Source: a candidate division FCPU426 bacterium
GTDB taxonomy: Bacteria > Oederibacteriota > Muellerivitia > Muellerivitales > Muellerivitaceae
DNA: 64,000 nucleotides
Assembly (NCBI GenBank): GCA_963719085.1
Contig: CAVRAL010000001.1
Coordinates: 320,001 to 384,000 of the forward strand
Direction: 5' to 3'
The notes beneath the pieces are model-generated. The model ran no database searches. It saw only the letters and a program-made list of their open reading frames with translations, and had not been told where the DNA came from. The first letter of the stretch is position 1. Each line of letters starts with the position of its first letter. Of this stretch, positions 1 to 9,544 are shown one piece after another. Made by a program: the position numbers and the translations under genes.

Positions 1-93
1 ATTTTAAAGCGGGGCCCGCCGTCACACTTGAAAAGGCTTTGGGAGGCGGTTAAGATACGGCTCCCGTTTTACCAATTAAATCAAGAGGAATTC

Positions 94-381
94 ATGGCCA
101 ACAATTCGGAAAAAGTAAATGTCACCATCCACGAAAAAGATTTTGAGGTGGAGTTGTTCGAGAAGCAAGGCAAGGTTTTCGCCAAGGCCCACATCAATAA
201 TTTCGGTGAGGTCAGTGTTCCGGATTTCGGCGGCGGAAAAGACCGGGCGATCCAAAATATCCAAGCCAGGATCGGGAACATCCTGATCGCTTTGGAATCG
301 GATGAGGCGCGGGAAACCCGCCGCAAACAACGGGAAGAAGAGCTGCAGGCCAAGCGCCAGCAGGCCAATAACAATAACTAA
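94..381 (+). CDS. small hypothetical protein with charged C-terminal coiled coil
   Basis: ORF with ATG at 94 after GAGG; followed by an intrinsic terminator. Confidence 0.7.
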   Translation: MANNSEKVNVTIHEKDFEVELFEKQGKVFAKAHINNFGEVSVPDFGGGKDRAIQNIQARIGNILIALESDEARETRRKQREEELQAKRQQANNNN

Positions 382-442
382 AGTCGATGGATGACAGTGT
401 CCCCGCTTCGCGGCGGGGCACCGAGGGGATCCCCCCCTCTTG

Positions 443-474
443 AAGCCTCGGAACCCCATCCGAGGCTTTTTTTT
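443..474 (+). terminator. intrinsic terminator
   Basis: AAGCCTCGG-loop-CCGAGGCTT followed by a T-run. Confidence 0.8.
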
Positions 475-503
475 GCCCAAAAATAGCCGGGACCGAAGAC
501 ATC

Positions 504-576
504 TTTGCATTGATGAAGGCTGATGAAGACGGATGGAAAATACCCATCAATCTTTATCATTGTTTATCAATGCAAA
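504..576. repeat. intergenic palindrome, family B variant (empty)
   Basis: TTTGCATTGATGAAGGCTGATGAAGACGGATGG ... CCATCAATCTTTATCATTGTTTATCAATGCAAA imperfect inverted arms. Confidence 0.7.
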
Positions 577-593
577 ACTATTGTTTTGGGGAG

Positions 594-1049
594 TTATTCA
601 ATCCAGAAGCTGATGACTTCCAGGTTTTTATTGGATTGCCGCAGGCGGTTGGAAAGAACCTTAATGATGATGTCCATCAGCTTCAAAGCCGTGTGGGGCT
701 TCTCCGCGCGCAATTGCTTGTAGCCTTCCAACGTGATCACGAGGACATCGGAGTCCGCCGTGGCCTTGACCGCGGCCGAGCGCGGAAGTCCGTCCAAAAG
801 GGCCATTTCCCCGAAAAATTCGCCGGGATTCAGGACCGCGATGGTGTTTTCTTGGTTTTTGACCTTCTTTAAAATTTTAACGGCGCCGGATTTCAGGATG
901 TACATGCTGTCGCCCTTGGAATCCTCGTCGAAAATCAGGTCTTCTTTTTTATAGACCTTTTCTTGCCCGATCGAACCGAGCGCTTCCAGGTCCGCCGCGT
1001 CAAAGCTTTTAAAAGGGGCGTATTTCGAAAGATAGCTGACGTCCGGCAT
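594..1049 (-). CDS. cyclic nucleotide-binding (cNMP) domain protein, no HTH
   Basis: GDSMYILKSGAVKI and GEFFGEMALLDGLPRSAAV motifs. Confidence 0.9.
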   Translation of the reverse strand: MPDVSYLSKYAPFKSFDAADLEALGSIGQEKVYKKEDLIFDEDSKGDSMYILKSGAVKILKKVKNQENTIAVLNPGEFFGEMALLDGLPRSAAVKATADSDVLVITLEGYKQLRAEKPHTALKLMDIIIKVLSNRLRQSNKNLEVISFWIE

Positions 1050-1123
1050 GGGAATTCTCCTTGGGGTTTGAGTCGGCGTTCATTTTGAAAGATTTCATTT
1101 TAAGAAGCAACAGTAAAAAAGCC

Positions 1124-2971
1124 TCAACCGTGGGTGGGCGAAGAGGGCATGGGCGGCGCCTCGGTTTCCTCAATCAGTTCATCCGTAGGCAGGTGGGTCA
1201 TGGGAGCGATCACTTCCATGGCTTCCAACACCTGGGCTTCCTGCTCGATGTTATCCACATTGACATTGGCGATGGCGTTCAAAACCGACTGGCCTTCCGA
1301 GGGCAGGTCGTCAAACACATAGCCGTCCAAAGCCGAAACCGGCAGAGGAAGATCGGGGTTGTAAAGGGGGATATCCCCCAGCGGGCCTTCGGGCAAGATC
1401 ATGGGCCGGGCGACAACGGGCGCCGGGGGTTCGTAGGCGGGCGCTTCGACGGGTTCATGAACCGGGGCGGCTTCTTCCGCCACAGGCTCAACTTCAACCG
1501 GTGCCGCTTCGACAACGGGTTCAGGCGCGGGTGGAACCGGCGCGGGCGGCGGAGTGGCGGCTTTGGGTATCGGGGGGACGGGCGCCGCTGAAATGACGGG
1601 CGCGGCAGGAGCTTTAGGAATCGGCGGCATAGTCCCCATAGGGGGGGCGGAGGCGGCCACCGGGGGCGCCGCGGGGGCTGGTGCCACGGGGATTGGGGGA
1701 GCGACGGGAGCCGCCGGCGCGGGCGCGCCAGGATTTTTAGCGGCCCTGGCCTTGGCCAAAACCTGTTTCAAATGTTCCTTCGGATCCAATAATTTCACGC
1801 CGCCTGGATCACCCGGAGACGCCGGCGAAGCGGGGGCGGACGAGGCGGATTCCGTTGGCGCGGCCGCTGAAGCGGAAGCTTCGGCCGGCGCGGCGGCGGG
1901 CGCTGGTTCGGCCGCCGAACCGGCGGGCGCGTCCTGGCGCTTGATGTCGAGCAGTTCGTCGACTTGGGCCAGGTCAATGTTCTTCAGTTTGGCGAGCCGG
2001 GTCTTGGCCTCGTCCACCATGGCGCCGGTGTCATGGATGCGGATGAATTTTTCATACTCGGCCACGGCCTTTTCCGTGATGCCCTTGTTCTCGTAAACCT
2101 GCCCCAAAATGAAATGGGCGTTGGCGTAGCTGGGCTCCAGCTTGATGGCCACGCGGTACTCGTTGATGGCTTGCTTATAAAGGCGCAGCTTGTCGTAAAT
2201 CAGTCCCAGGGTATTGTGGGCCTTGGCGCTTTGGGGATTGAGCGTGACCACGGACACGAATGATTCCACCGCCTTTTGGAAATCGCCTTTGCGCTCATAG
2301 GCGAAACCCATGGCCATGAAGGAAGACTCAAAACGGGGATCCAGGCGGCAGGCTTCCTGGAACGACTTGACGGCCTTGTCCAAAAATTGCTGTTTGGCGT
2401 AAAGCACGCCCATGTCGTAGGCGATCTTGGCTTTGTTTTTTCCGCTCTTGGCCGCTTCCTCTAATTTTTTAAGGGCGGTTTCCATATTGCCCGCGGTGTC
2501 TTTGTCGATGCCCAGGCGGTGGTAGGATTCGGTGTAGGAGGGATCCAATTCCATCGCCACTTGGAATTCTTTCATGGCCTTGGCGTATTGACCCAATTCG
2601 TAATAGACGTTGCCCAAGTTGTTGAAGTAAGTGGCGATTTTGGGATTGCGGTAGATCGCGTCCTCGAACACTTTGATGGCGTCGTTGTAGCGCTCGGTGC
2701 GGGCGTAGGCCAGGCCTAAATTGTTCCAGGCTTCGGGGGCGGCGTTTTCGACCGTGGTGGCTTTTTTGAAGGCCATGATGGCCTCGTCGTTTTGGCCCAG
2801 GTCGGAATAAATGAAACCCGTGGCCGTATAGGCTTCCATATAGTTGGGATCAATATCGAGGGCTTTTTGGATTTCCTTCAGGGCCTTGGCGCTATCGCCT
2901 TGTTCCGCCAGTTTCTGGGCGGACTCAACGAGTTCTTTCTTTTTGTCGTCTTTGCTTCCGAATAGGGCCAT
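1124..2971 (-). CDS. tetratricopeptide repeat protein with Pro/Ala-rich disordered C-terminus
   Basis: about 9 TPR motifs (AWNNLGLAY, YFNNLGNVY, AHNTLGLIY) then low-complexity PAPA region. Confidence 0.9.
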   Translation of the reverse strand: MALFGSKDDKKKELVESAQKLAEQGDSAKALKEIQKALDIDPNYMEAYTATGFIYSDLGQNDEAIMAFKKATTVENAAPEAWNNLGLAYARTERYNDAIKVFEDAIYRNPKIATYFNNLGNVYYELGQYAKAMKEFQVAMELDPSYTESYHRLGIDKDTAGNMETALKKLEEAAKSGKNKAKIAYDMGVLYAKQQFLDKAVKSFQEACRLDPRFESSFMAMGFAYERKGDFQKAVESFVSVVTLNPQSAKAHNTLGLIYDKLRLYKQAINEYRVAIKLEPSYANAHFILGQVYENKGITEKAVAEYEKFIRIHDTGAMVDEAKTRLAKLKNIDLAQVDELLDIKRQDAPAGSAAEPAPAAAPAEASASAAAPTESASSAPASPASPGDPGGVKLLDPKEHLKQVLAKARAAKNPGAPAPAAPVAPPIPVAPAPAAPPVAASAPPMGTMPPIPKAPAAPVISAAPVPPIPKAATPPPAPVPPAPEPVVEAAPVEVEPVAEEAAPVHEPVEAPAYEPPAPVVARPMILPEGPLGDIPLYNPDLPLPVSALDGYVFDDLPSEGQSVLNAIANVNVDNIEQEAQVLEAMEVIAPMTHLPTDELIEETEAPPMPSSPTHG

Positions 2972-3072
2972 GAGTGTTACCGTTTAACTTAGTTGAAATG
3001 TCAGCAGGACGCACATTGTAGCCCCGAGGCTTTTTAAAGGTCAATGCGGGAAAAAGGCCAAATCAGCGGGGA

Positions 3073-4482
3073 TTAGAGACGGGGGAAACCCGGCGGCATG
3101 CCGCCGAGTCCGGGAGGCGCTCCACCCGGGAATCCGCCCGGCGGCATACCCATTCCGCCTCCCATTTGTTGCATTTTTTGGAGCAGTCCGGGTTTTTTCA
3201 TAACTTTGCGCATCATGTCATATTGTTTCAAAAGGCTGTTCACCTCATCGGCGCGGGTCCCGCTGCCCTGGGCGATGCGTCGGCGGCGCGAGCCGTCCAG
3301 CACTTGGGGGAATTGGCGTTCCTTAGGCGTCATGGAAAGCAGGATGGCTTCCATGCGTTTGAGCTTCTTTTCATCAGGCGCCCCGGCGGTCATTTGTTTT
3401 TTAGCCGCCGCGCCGCCTGGCATCATGGAGATCAGGTCGGTCATGGAACCCATTTTTTGGATTTGGCGCAGTTGATCAAGCAGGTGGTCCAAATTAAAGT
3501 CGGAAGCCTTGGAAAGCTTTTGTCTCTCGAAAGCCGTGTCCTTGGCGATGGCCTCGGCTTTCTCAATGAGGGTCAACATGTCGCCCATGCCCAAAATACG
3601 CGAGGCCATACGGTCGGGATAAAAGGGATCCAAGCCGTCCATCTTTTCGCTCACGCCCACGAATTGGATCGGTACGCCGGTGACGGAGGTGATGGAAAAA
3701 ATCGCCCCGCCCCGGGAATCACCGTCCGCCTTGGTGAGCACCAATCCGGTCAAGGGCAATTTGGCGTGGAAGGCCTGCGCCACTTGGACGGCGTTTTGTC
3801 CCGTCATGGCGTCCACCACCAAAAGGATGTTCGAGGGTTTTAGTTTTTGCTGGATTTGGGCGATCTCATTCATCATCGCCTCGTCGATTTGCAAACGTCC
3901 CGCCGTATCCAAGATGAGCAGGTTGCAGTTGTTCGCCAGGGCGGTCTTGACCGCGCGGACGCAAACGTCCAAAGCGGTTTCACCGTTCTCGGGCTTGAAG
4001 AAGGGGACGTCAACTTCCTTCGCCAAGGTTTCCAATTGGTCCATGGCGGCGGGGCGCACTAAGTCGGCGGCCACCAGCCCGGGTTTGCGTCCGTCTTTTT
4101 TGAGGAACGCGGCCAGCTTGGCGGCGGTGGTGGTTTTTCCGGTTCCCTGTAAGCCCGCTAAAAGAATCAAGGTCGGCGGAGCCGGGGCGAAACGCAATTT
4201 AACGGCGTTGCGGTCTTTGGGGGTGAGCAGGGAAGTGAGTTCCTCGTTCACGATCTTGATCAAGACTTGGCCGGGGGTCAGGCTTAGGGCCACGTCCCGT
4301 CCCAGGGCCTTGGCTTTGACCCGGTCGAGGAAAAGCTTGGCGGTATCCAAGTGAACGTCGGCTTCCAACAGCGCGGCCCGAACCTGTCCCAGGGCCTGCT
4401 CAATATTCTCATCGGTCAGTTTTCCCTGGCCGCGGAGGTTTTTGAAAACCTTTTGGATGTTTTCCGTCAGTTGGTCGAACAT
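3073..4482 (-). CDS. ffh: signal recognition particle protein Ffh
   Basis: ALLEADV, GLQGTGKTTT, DTAGRLQ, TKADGDSRGG, Met-rich M domain. Confidence 0.97.
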   Translation of the reverse strand: MFDQLTENIQKVFKNLRGQGKLTDENIEQALGQVRAALLEADVHLDTAKLFLDRVKAKALGRDVALSLTPGQVLIKIVNEELTSLLTPKDRNAVKLRFAPAPPTLILLAGLQGTGKTTTAAKLAAFLKKDGRKPGLVAADLVRPAAMDQLETLAKEVDVPFFKPENGETALDVCVRAVKTALANNCNLLILDTAGRLQIDEAMMNEIAQIQQKLKPSNILLVVDAMTGQNAVQVAQAFHAKLPLTGLVLTKADGDSRGGAIFSITSVTGVPIQFVGVSEKMDGLDPFYPDRMASRILGMGDMLTLIEKAEAIAKDTAFERQKLSKASDFNLDHLLDQLRQIQKMGSMTDLISMMPGGAAAKKQMTAGAPDEKKLKRMEAILLSMTPKERQFPQVLDGSRRRRIAQGSGTRADEVNSLLKQYDMMRKVMKKPGLLQKMQQMGGGMGMPPGGFPGGAPPGLGGMPPGFPRL

Positions 4483-4673
4483 GATTTCCTCAAATTGGGT
4501 GAATCACCAGGAGGCTTGCCCGGGGGAAGTCGAAAGGCTTGTCCGGCGTAGCCCTTTGGGCGAAGACGGAAGCAATTGTATGGATATTCCGGCTGATTAC
4601 CAGTCCCCCGAAGGGCCCCCGGGCCGTTCAAATAGCTATAAAACCCCTGTCTTTCTTCATACACTAGCGCCTT

Positions 4674-5570
4674 ATGAAATTGTCCCTCAGGGTTCTTTGC
4701 CTATTAGTACTGACGACGGTCACGGGCTTTTGCCAGGCTACGCCGACAGTCCCAACCACGGATCATTTCTTCACGGCCAGCGATGGCGTCACGCTTCATT
4801 ATCTGGAAGCGGGACAGGGGCCGACGCTGGTCTTTATCCCGGGTTGGACTATGCCGGCCGATATTTGGGCCGCGCAGACCGCCTTTTTTTCCACCCGCTA
4901 TCAGGTGGTGGTGCTGGACCCCCGCTGCCAGGGAAAATCCCAGATCATCACCCAAGGGCTTACCGTTTTGAGAAGGGCGCGGGATATTCAAGAGCTTTTA
5001 ACCCAACTGAAGGCCTCCAAACCGGTTTTGATCGGCTGGTCCATGGGAGGGAGCGAAGCGCTGGCTTATTTGGGCCAGTATGGCTGCGCCGGGCTCACGG
5101 GAGTTGTTTTGGTCGACGCGCCCCCGGGGTCGGACCCGACGAAGGTCCAGCAATTGAAAAGGCGGGAGCTGATTCAACGGCTTCAAGACGACCGCGGCAA
5201 AGAAACGAATTCTTTCGTGCGCTGGATGTTTCATAAGCCCCAATCGGAGAACTATTTAACGGGCCTCATGATGGAAGCCTTAAAAACCCCCACGCCCGAG
5301 GCGGTGGCCTTGCTCCAAGACCTTTATACGGTTTCAAATTGGCGTCCGGATTATTCCAAGATCGACCTTCCGGTGCTGGGTTTCGCTTCTGAAAGTTATG
5401 CCGCCGAGGAACAGTGGCTTCAAACCAAAATAAAAGGGATGAAAGTGGAGATGGAGCCCGGTGCCGGCCACGCGCTTTTCGTGGATGAAGCCGGTCATTT
5501 CAACAAGCAAACCCAAAAATTCCTGAATCATATCGGCTATCCGGGAAACCCGAAGGGCTCCAAGTCATGA
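4674..5570 (+). CDS. secreted alpha/beta hydrolase (non-heme haloperoxidase/esterase-like)
   Basis: signal peptide, GWSMGG nucleophile elbow, AGHALF catalytic His. Confidence 0.85.
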   Translation: MKLSLRVLCLLVLTTVTGFCQATPTVPTTDHFFTASDGVTLHYLEAGQGPTLVFIPGWTMPADIWAAQTAFFSTRYQVVVLDPRCQGKSQIITQGLTVLRRARDIQELLTQLKASKPVLIGWSMGGSEALAYLGQYGCAGLTGVVLVDAPPGSDPTKVQQLKRRELIQRLQDDRGKETNSFVRWMFHKPQSENYLTGLMMEALKTPTPEAVALLQDLYTVSNWRPDYSKIDLPVLGFASESYAAEEQWLQTKIKGMKVEMEPGAGHALFVDEAGHFNKQTQKFLNHIGYPGNPKGSKS

Positions 5571-8008
5571 ACTTATTCAAATCCCCGCTTTGGCCTTTGT
5601 TCCTGGTTTCAGCAGCCTCGGTCGGGTTCGAGGTCGAGCTGACGCGCTATTTCGCCATCGCCAGTTGGTCCGAGTATGGCTATTGGGTCATCTCCATCGT
5701 GATGGTGGGTTTCGCGGCGGGTGGGGTTTTGTTGAGCCTGTTGAAAGATTTTTTTGAGGAGTGGGCTCCGCGATTTTTATTTTGGATTCCGATTTTACTC
5801 ATGGCGGCGGGGGCCCTGGGTTTTTACGCGGCCACGCTGGTTCCGTTCAACCCCTTGGGATTCCAAAATCCGGATTTATGGTTCGATCAGTTGGTGAATG
5901 TCTGGAAATACTACGCGGTGCTTTTTCCGTTTTTCTTTTTGACTGGAATCTACATCGGCCTTTCGTTCCTTCGTTTTGCCGACCGTATCCCCTCGGTTTA
6001 CGCGGCGGACCTGATGGGCGCGGGGGCGGGTTCGCTCCTTCTGATGGGTCTGCTTTACCTGATTCACCCTTTCCATCTTTTAACGGCTTTGATTCCATTG
6101 CTATTTTTTGCTTCGTTACTGGGCCTCAAGAATCTTCCGGCTCGAAAAGCTCTTTGGGCTTTGGTGATCGTGGTTGTTTTTCTATTCAGCGAAGCGGCCT
6201 CGGTCTTTCTGAATCAGGCCGATTACTGCGAATACAAAGCCGTTTATCCGCCCCTGCATGTGGCGGGGAACAAGATCGTGGGCCAAATTCTGTCGCCCCG
6301 GGGCCAGTATCTGGCGCTGGATAATTTTACCGAGCGCGTGGATGTGGACCTTTCCAACAACTACAGTCTGCTCAAGGTGAATGGACCGCCACTGGCCTTT
6401 GGCATTTATCTGGATGGCAACCGGATTACCGAACTTCCAAAGTCACTTCCCGTGGACCTGTCTTATTCCAAGGCTTCGCTGGATGTGCTTCCTTATTATT
6501 TGCGGCAGGGGTCGCGCTGTTTATTGGTGGGAACCCGGGGCGGCTTCAAGATTCGCGAGGTTTTGACCCATGAGGCCCGTCAGGTCGACGCTTTGGAACC
6601 GGACCCGAACCTATATGCCTTTGTGACGCGGGAACACCTGGAACTGGAAGAGGGGCCAAAATCGCATGTTCAGCTTTTCGCTGAAACGCCCTCGGGATTC
6701 CTTCGAAACCACGCGGGGCCTTACGACATCATCGACCTCTCGGCCGAGTTTTTAAACCAAGGGGACGCCAACAAATTCGCGTTCACCCAGGAGACCCTGC
6801 GCCAATATTTTAACGCGCTGTCGCCCGGGGGAATCATCTCTATCCCGTCCTCTATTCGGGAATTCACCGTTTATGCCCTGAAGGAAGAAGAAAGCGCGCT
6901 TGTGCTTCTTCATTCAGAGGGTGTGGCTGATCCCGAAAAGCATTTGATCCTGTACCGCTCGGCCTGGAGCACCCAGCTTTTGATCTTTAAAAGCGAGGTT
7001 CGGCCGGCGGACCTGGTGATGCTTAAAAAATTCTGCTCCCGCCGTTCCTTTGACACGTCTTATTTCCCCGGGATTGAGCCGAAAAAGCTGGAAATCTGGA
7101 ATGACCTTCCACCCATCAGTTTTGATCAGAACGCGGCTTATGACCGCTCGGACAAGGCGGCGGATTCTTTAATGGATGACAGCTTGAAGCTTTTGTCCAA
7201 GGACCATGACGCCTTCGTGAAGGGTTATTTCTTCAACTTAACGCCGTCCACACAAGATCGGCCCTTCTTTTATTCCATCCTGCGGCTCTCGAACCTCGGG
7301 CAGATTCTTTCCAACATTACGCTGATTCCCCGGGAAGAAATCGGTTATCTCATTAATCTCGCTGTGTTGGCCCAGTCGATTCTATTGGCCTTGGTAGTTT
7401 TGATTTTGCCTTTGATTTTTAAAAGACAAACCCATTTTCACGGCATGACCAGCGTGGCCTTTTACTTCGCCGGATTGGGTTTGGGTTTTTTATTCATTGA
7501 GATATTTTTAATTGAAAAGGCTTCTTACTTTTTAGGCGACCGGGCGATGGCCTTTACCCTGGTGCTTTGCGGAATGCTTTTCTTTTCCGGGCTCGGCAGT
7601 TGGGCGGCGGGCCGCCTGTTTTGGATTGAAAGGGGACTGGCCTTGGCCCTGGGCGGCGTGGGGATTTGGCTCATCCTCTGTTTCTTCGGACTCAACGGCT
7701 TTTTAAGCGCTTTTCTTTCCAGCCCTGTGCTTTTAAAATGCGCTCTTTTACTGGTGGTCTTGGCGCCGGTTTCTTTCGCGCTCGGCATGCCATTCTCGCT
7801 GGGCTTAAGCCGATTAAAATCGGAAGGCGGAATGGTGCCTTGGGCCTGGGCTTTGAACGGGGCCTTTTCGGTGGTGGCCACGCCCTTAGCGAATCTTTTG
7901 GCCAACAGCACGGGCTATAGCCTTTTACTTTGGCTCAGCTTTGGCCTTTATTTGATCGTGTATTTGTTTTTCTCAAAACTAGGAACTTCCCGGGGAGCGA
8001 TGAAATGA
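5567..8008 (+). CDS. polytopic membrane protein with central spermidine-synthase-like SAM-binding domain
   Basis: many TM helices both sides; YAADLMGAGAG, STQDRPFF, WAWALNGAFSV motifs. Confidence 0.8.
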   Translation: MNLFKSPLWPLFLVSAASVGFEVELTRYFAIASWSEYGYWVISIVMVGFAAGGVLLSLLKDFFEEWAPRFLFWIPILLMAAGALGFYAATLVPFNPLGFQNPDLWFDQLVNVWKYYAVLFPFFFLTGIYIGLSFLRFADRIPSVYAADLMGAGAGSLLLMGLLYLIHPFHLLTALIPLLFFASLLGLKNLPARKALWALVIVVVFLFSEAASVFLNQADYCEYKAVYPPLHVAGNKIVGQILSPRGQYLALDNFTERVDVDLSNNYSLLKVNGPPLAFGIYLDGNRITELPKSLPVDLSYSKASLDVLPYYLRQGSRCLLVGTRGGFKIREVLTHEARQVDALEPDPNLYAFVTREHLELEEGPKSHVQLFAETPSGFLRNHAGPYDIIDLSAEFLNQGDANKFAFTQETLRQYFNALSPGGIISIPSSIREFTVYALKEEESALVLLHSEGVADPEKHLILYRSAWSTQLLIFKSEVRPADLVMLKKFCSRRSFDTSYFPGIEPKKLEIWNDLPPISFDQNAAYDRSDKAADSLMDDSLKLLSKDHDAFVKGYFFNLTPSTQDRPFFYSILRLSNLGQILSNITLIPREEIGYLINLAVLAQSILLALVVLILPLIFKRQTHFHGMTSVAFYFAGLGLGFLFIEIFLIEKASYFLGDRAMAFTLVLCGMLFFSGLGSWAAGRLFWIERGLALALGGVGIWLILCFFGLNGFLSAFLSSPVLLKCALLLVVLAPVSFALGMPFSLGLSRLKSEGGMVPWAWALNGAFSVVATPLANLLANSTGYSLLLWLSFGLYLIVYLFFSKLGTSRGAMK

Positions 8009-9084
8009 TGGAGTTATTAAACCAAGGCAACGGCCAACACAATTTTCACCGCCAAGACGCCAAGCTCGCCAAGAAAATCAAGAAACAATCGAGTTTTGAA
8101 AAACATTCATTTTTTAGCCTTACTTGGCGCACTTGGCGGCCACTCTTCCATAAAACAGTTAATGAGGGTGGCGCTGTCCCGCTTGTTTGGCCCAAGAGTG
8201 GGCCAGCGGGACGTCTTGGCGGTGAAAGGGTATTCAGTGTTTTGGCTTTGTTTGTTTGTCTTATGACAGTACCTTTGGCGGCCGTGGCGCAAACGCCCGT
8301 GCCGACCCCTTCGGCCAATACCTGGGACTATGCCGCTTTCCAAGCCGCCTTTAAGGCCAGCGGCCGCACGACGACCTTAACCCAGGAAAAGTTTGACGCG
8401 GTTCAGGTTCAAAAGAAGAAAGCCTATGACTATTTGAAGACCTATCTGGATGGCAAGTTCGGTAAGGCCAATCCCGCGGTCTTGGCCGGTTTCCAAGCTC
8501 TGCCGCGCGAGTATTACCACTACAACTACCAGAAGGGCAAAGATTTCTGCTCTTTGGCCTATGACATTCCCGGCAAGCCCTGGGCCATCGGTTATGGCTC
8601 CGCCTTGAGCGATTACCCCGGCCAGGCCTATATGATTCAGTTGGCCAGGCCGAAGCCCACGGATGTGGCTTTAGAAATTGGGACGGGAAGCGGTTACAAC
8701 ATTTCACTGCTCTCAAAAACAGTGAAGGAAGCCTACTCAATTGAGATCATCCAGCCTTTGGGTGAGGCGGTCTCCAACATTTTCGCGCCGCTTCATTTGA
8801 CCAACATCCATACCCGGGTCGGGGACGGCTTTTTCGGTTGGCCGGAGGTGAAGGGCGGGTTCAATTTGATCGTGGTTACCTGCGCCGCCCAATATGTGCC
8901 GCCCCAGCTTTTAGAACAGCTCAAGCCCAACGGCCGCATGATCATCCCCATCGGCCAGCCCTTCCGCGGCCATCAGGTGCTTTATGTCTATATGAAGGAC
9001 GCCGACGGCAAGGTTCATTCGAAGAAGGATATGGGCGTGTTCTTTATCCCGATGACGGGGCAGATGCAGAAGGGGAAGACGTAG
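8005..9084 (+). CDS. pcm: protein-L-isoaspartate O-methyltransferase-like protein with signal-peptide-like segment; start uncertain
   Basis: LEIGTGSGYN, GDGFFGWPE, QLKPNGRMIIPIG; ATG at 8005 overlaps upstream TGA; frame stays open across a palindromic element. Confidence 0.8.
   Translation: MMELLNQGNGQHNFHRQDAKLAKKIKKQSSFEKHSFFSLTWRTWRPLFHKTVNEGGAVPLVWPKSGPAGRLGGERVFSVLALFVCLMTVPLAAVAQTPVPTPSANTWDYAAFQAAFKASGRTTTLTQEKFDAVQVQKKKAYDYLKTYLDGKFGKANPAVLAGFQALPREYYHYNYQKGKDFCSLAYDIPGKPWAIGYGSALSDYPGQAYMIQLARPKPTDVALEIGTGSGYNISLLSKTVKEAYSIEIIQPLGEAVSNIFAPLHLTNIHTRVGDGFFGWPEVKGGFNLIVVTCAAQYVPPQLLEQLKPNGRMIIPIGQPFRGHQVLYVYMKDADGKVHSKKDMGVFFIPMTGQMQKGKT
8044..8227. repeat. palindrome family A, right arm interrupted by two-hairpin insert
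   Basis: TTTCACCGCCAAGACGCCAAGCTCGCCAAG ... CTTGGCGCACTTGGC[insert]GTCTTGGCGGTGAAA. Confidence 0.9.
8138..8212 (-). mobile_element. two-hairpin CGGGACA mini-element, copy 1 (subtype I)
   Basis: reverse complement closely matches 45896..45969 and sits at the same position in the host arm. Confidence 0.85.
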
Positions 9085-9166
9085 AGGTTAACAGAATTTT
9101 GAACAAGTATTAATCAAAACGGCTTTAGCTCATCGTTTAAACCGCAAAGTTACTCTCAAAAGCCAT

Positions 9167-9451
9167 TCAATAACCATTGAAGGGCGGTTCAAAACCCTTA
9201 TTTCCTAATGTTTTGAGAAATGCTGTCCCAGCTTCGGCAAAATTACCACCAAGCCACCCAATGAAAAAAAGAGAAATGAAAATCGATAAACGGGCGTTAT
9301 TGAATGATTTAGCCCTAATTTCTTGATTTATTTCTTTTTTCATTTTAACACGAATCTCCTTGATTAGAATTTTGGATTCTACAAAAACTAAAATAAAATG
9401 GTAAACATCCTCACAATAACCATTATGAGGATGTTTACCCGTACAGCTCAT
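9167..9451 (-). other. AT-rich orphan ORF or fragment bracketed by a 9-bp direct repeat
   Basis: composition visibly AT-rich relative to neighbours; AGCTCATCG at 9127-9135 and 9445-9453. Confidence 0.4.
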
Positions 9452-9544
9452 CGGTGATTTCTGAAATACCGTTGAAACAAGCTATGAAAAAACGGTAAAT
9501 CACAAACCTAGCTTTTGCCCCGCCTGCTTCCTAAGATAACCGCC

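Noticed and set aside
397..440. Two GC hairpins before the terminator as an sRNA or another two-hairpin insert
   Set aside because: Lacks the CGGGACA core and a host arm; not enough evidence for a separate RNA.
520..545. CTGATGA...GAAA resembling a hammerhead ribozyme core
   Set aside because: No stem II between the motifs; the sequence is explained as a family B arm.
4483..4673. Possible SRP RNA next to ffh
   Set aside because: I could not find the conserved helix-8 motif in a convincing stem; only short GC hairpins are present.
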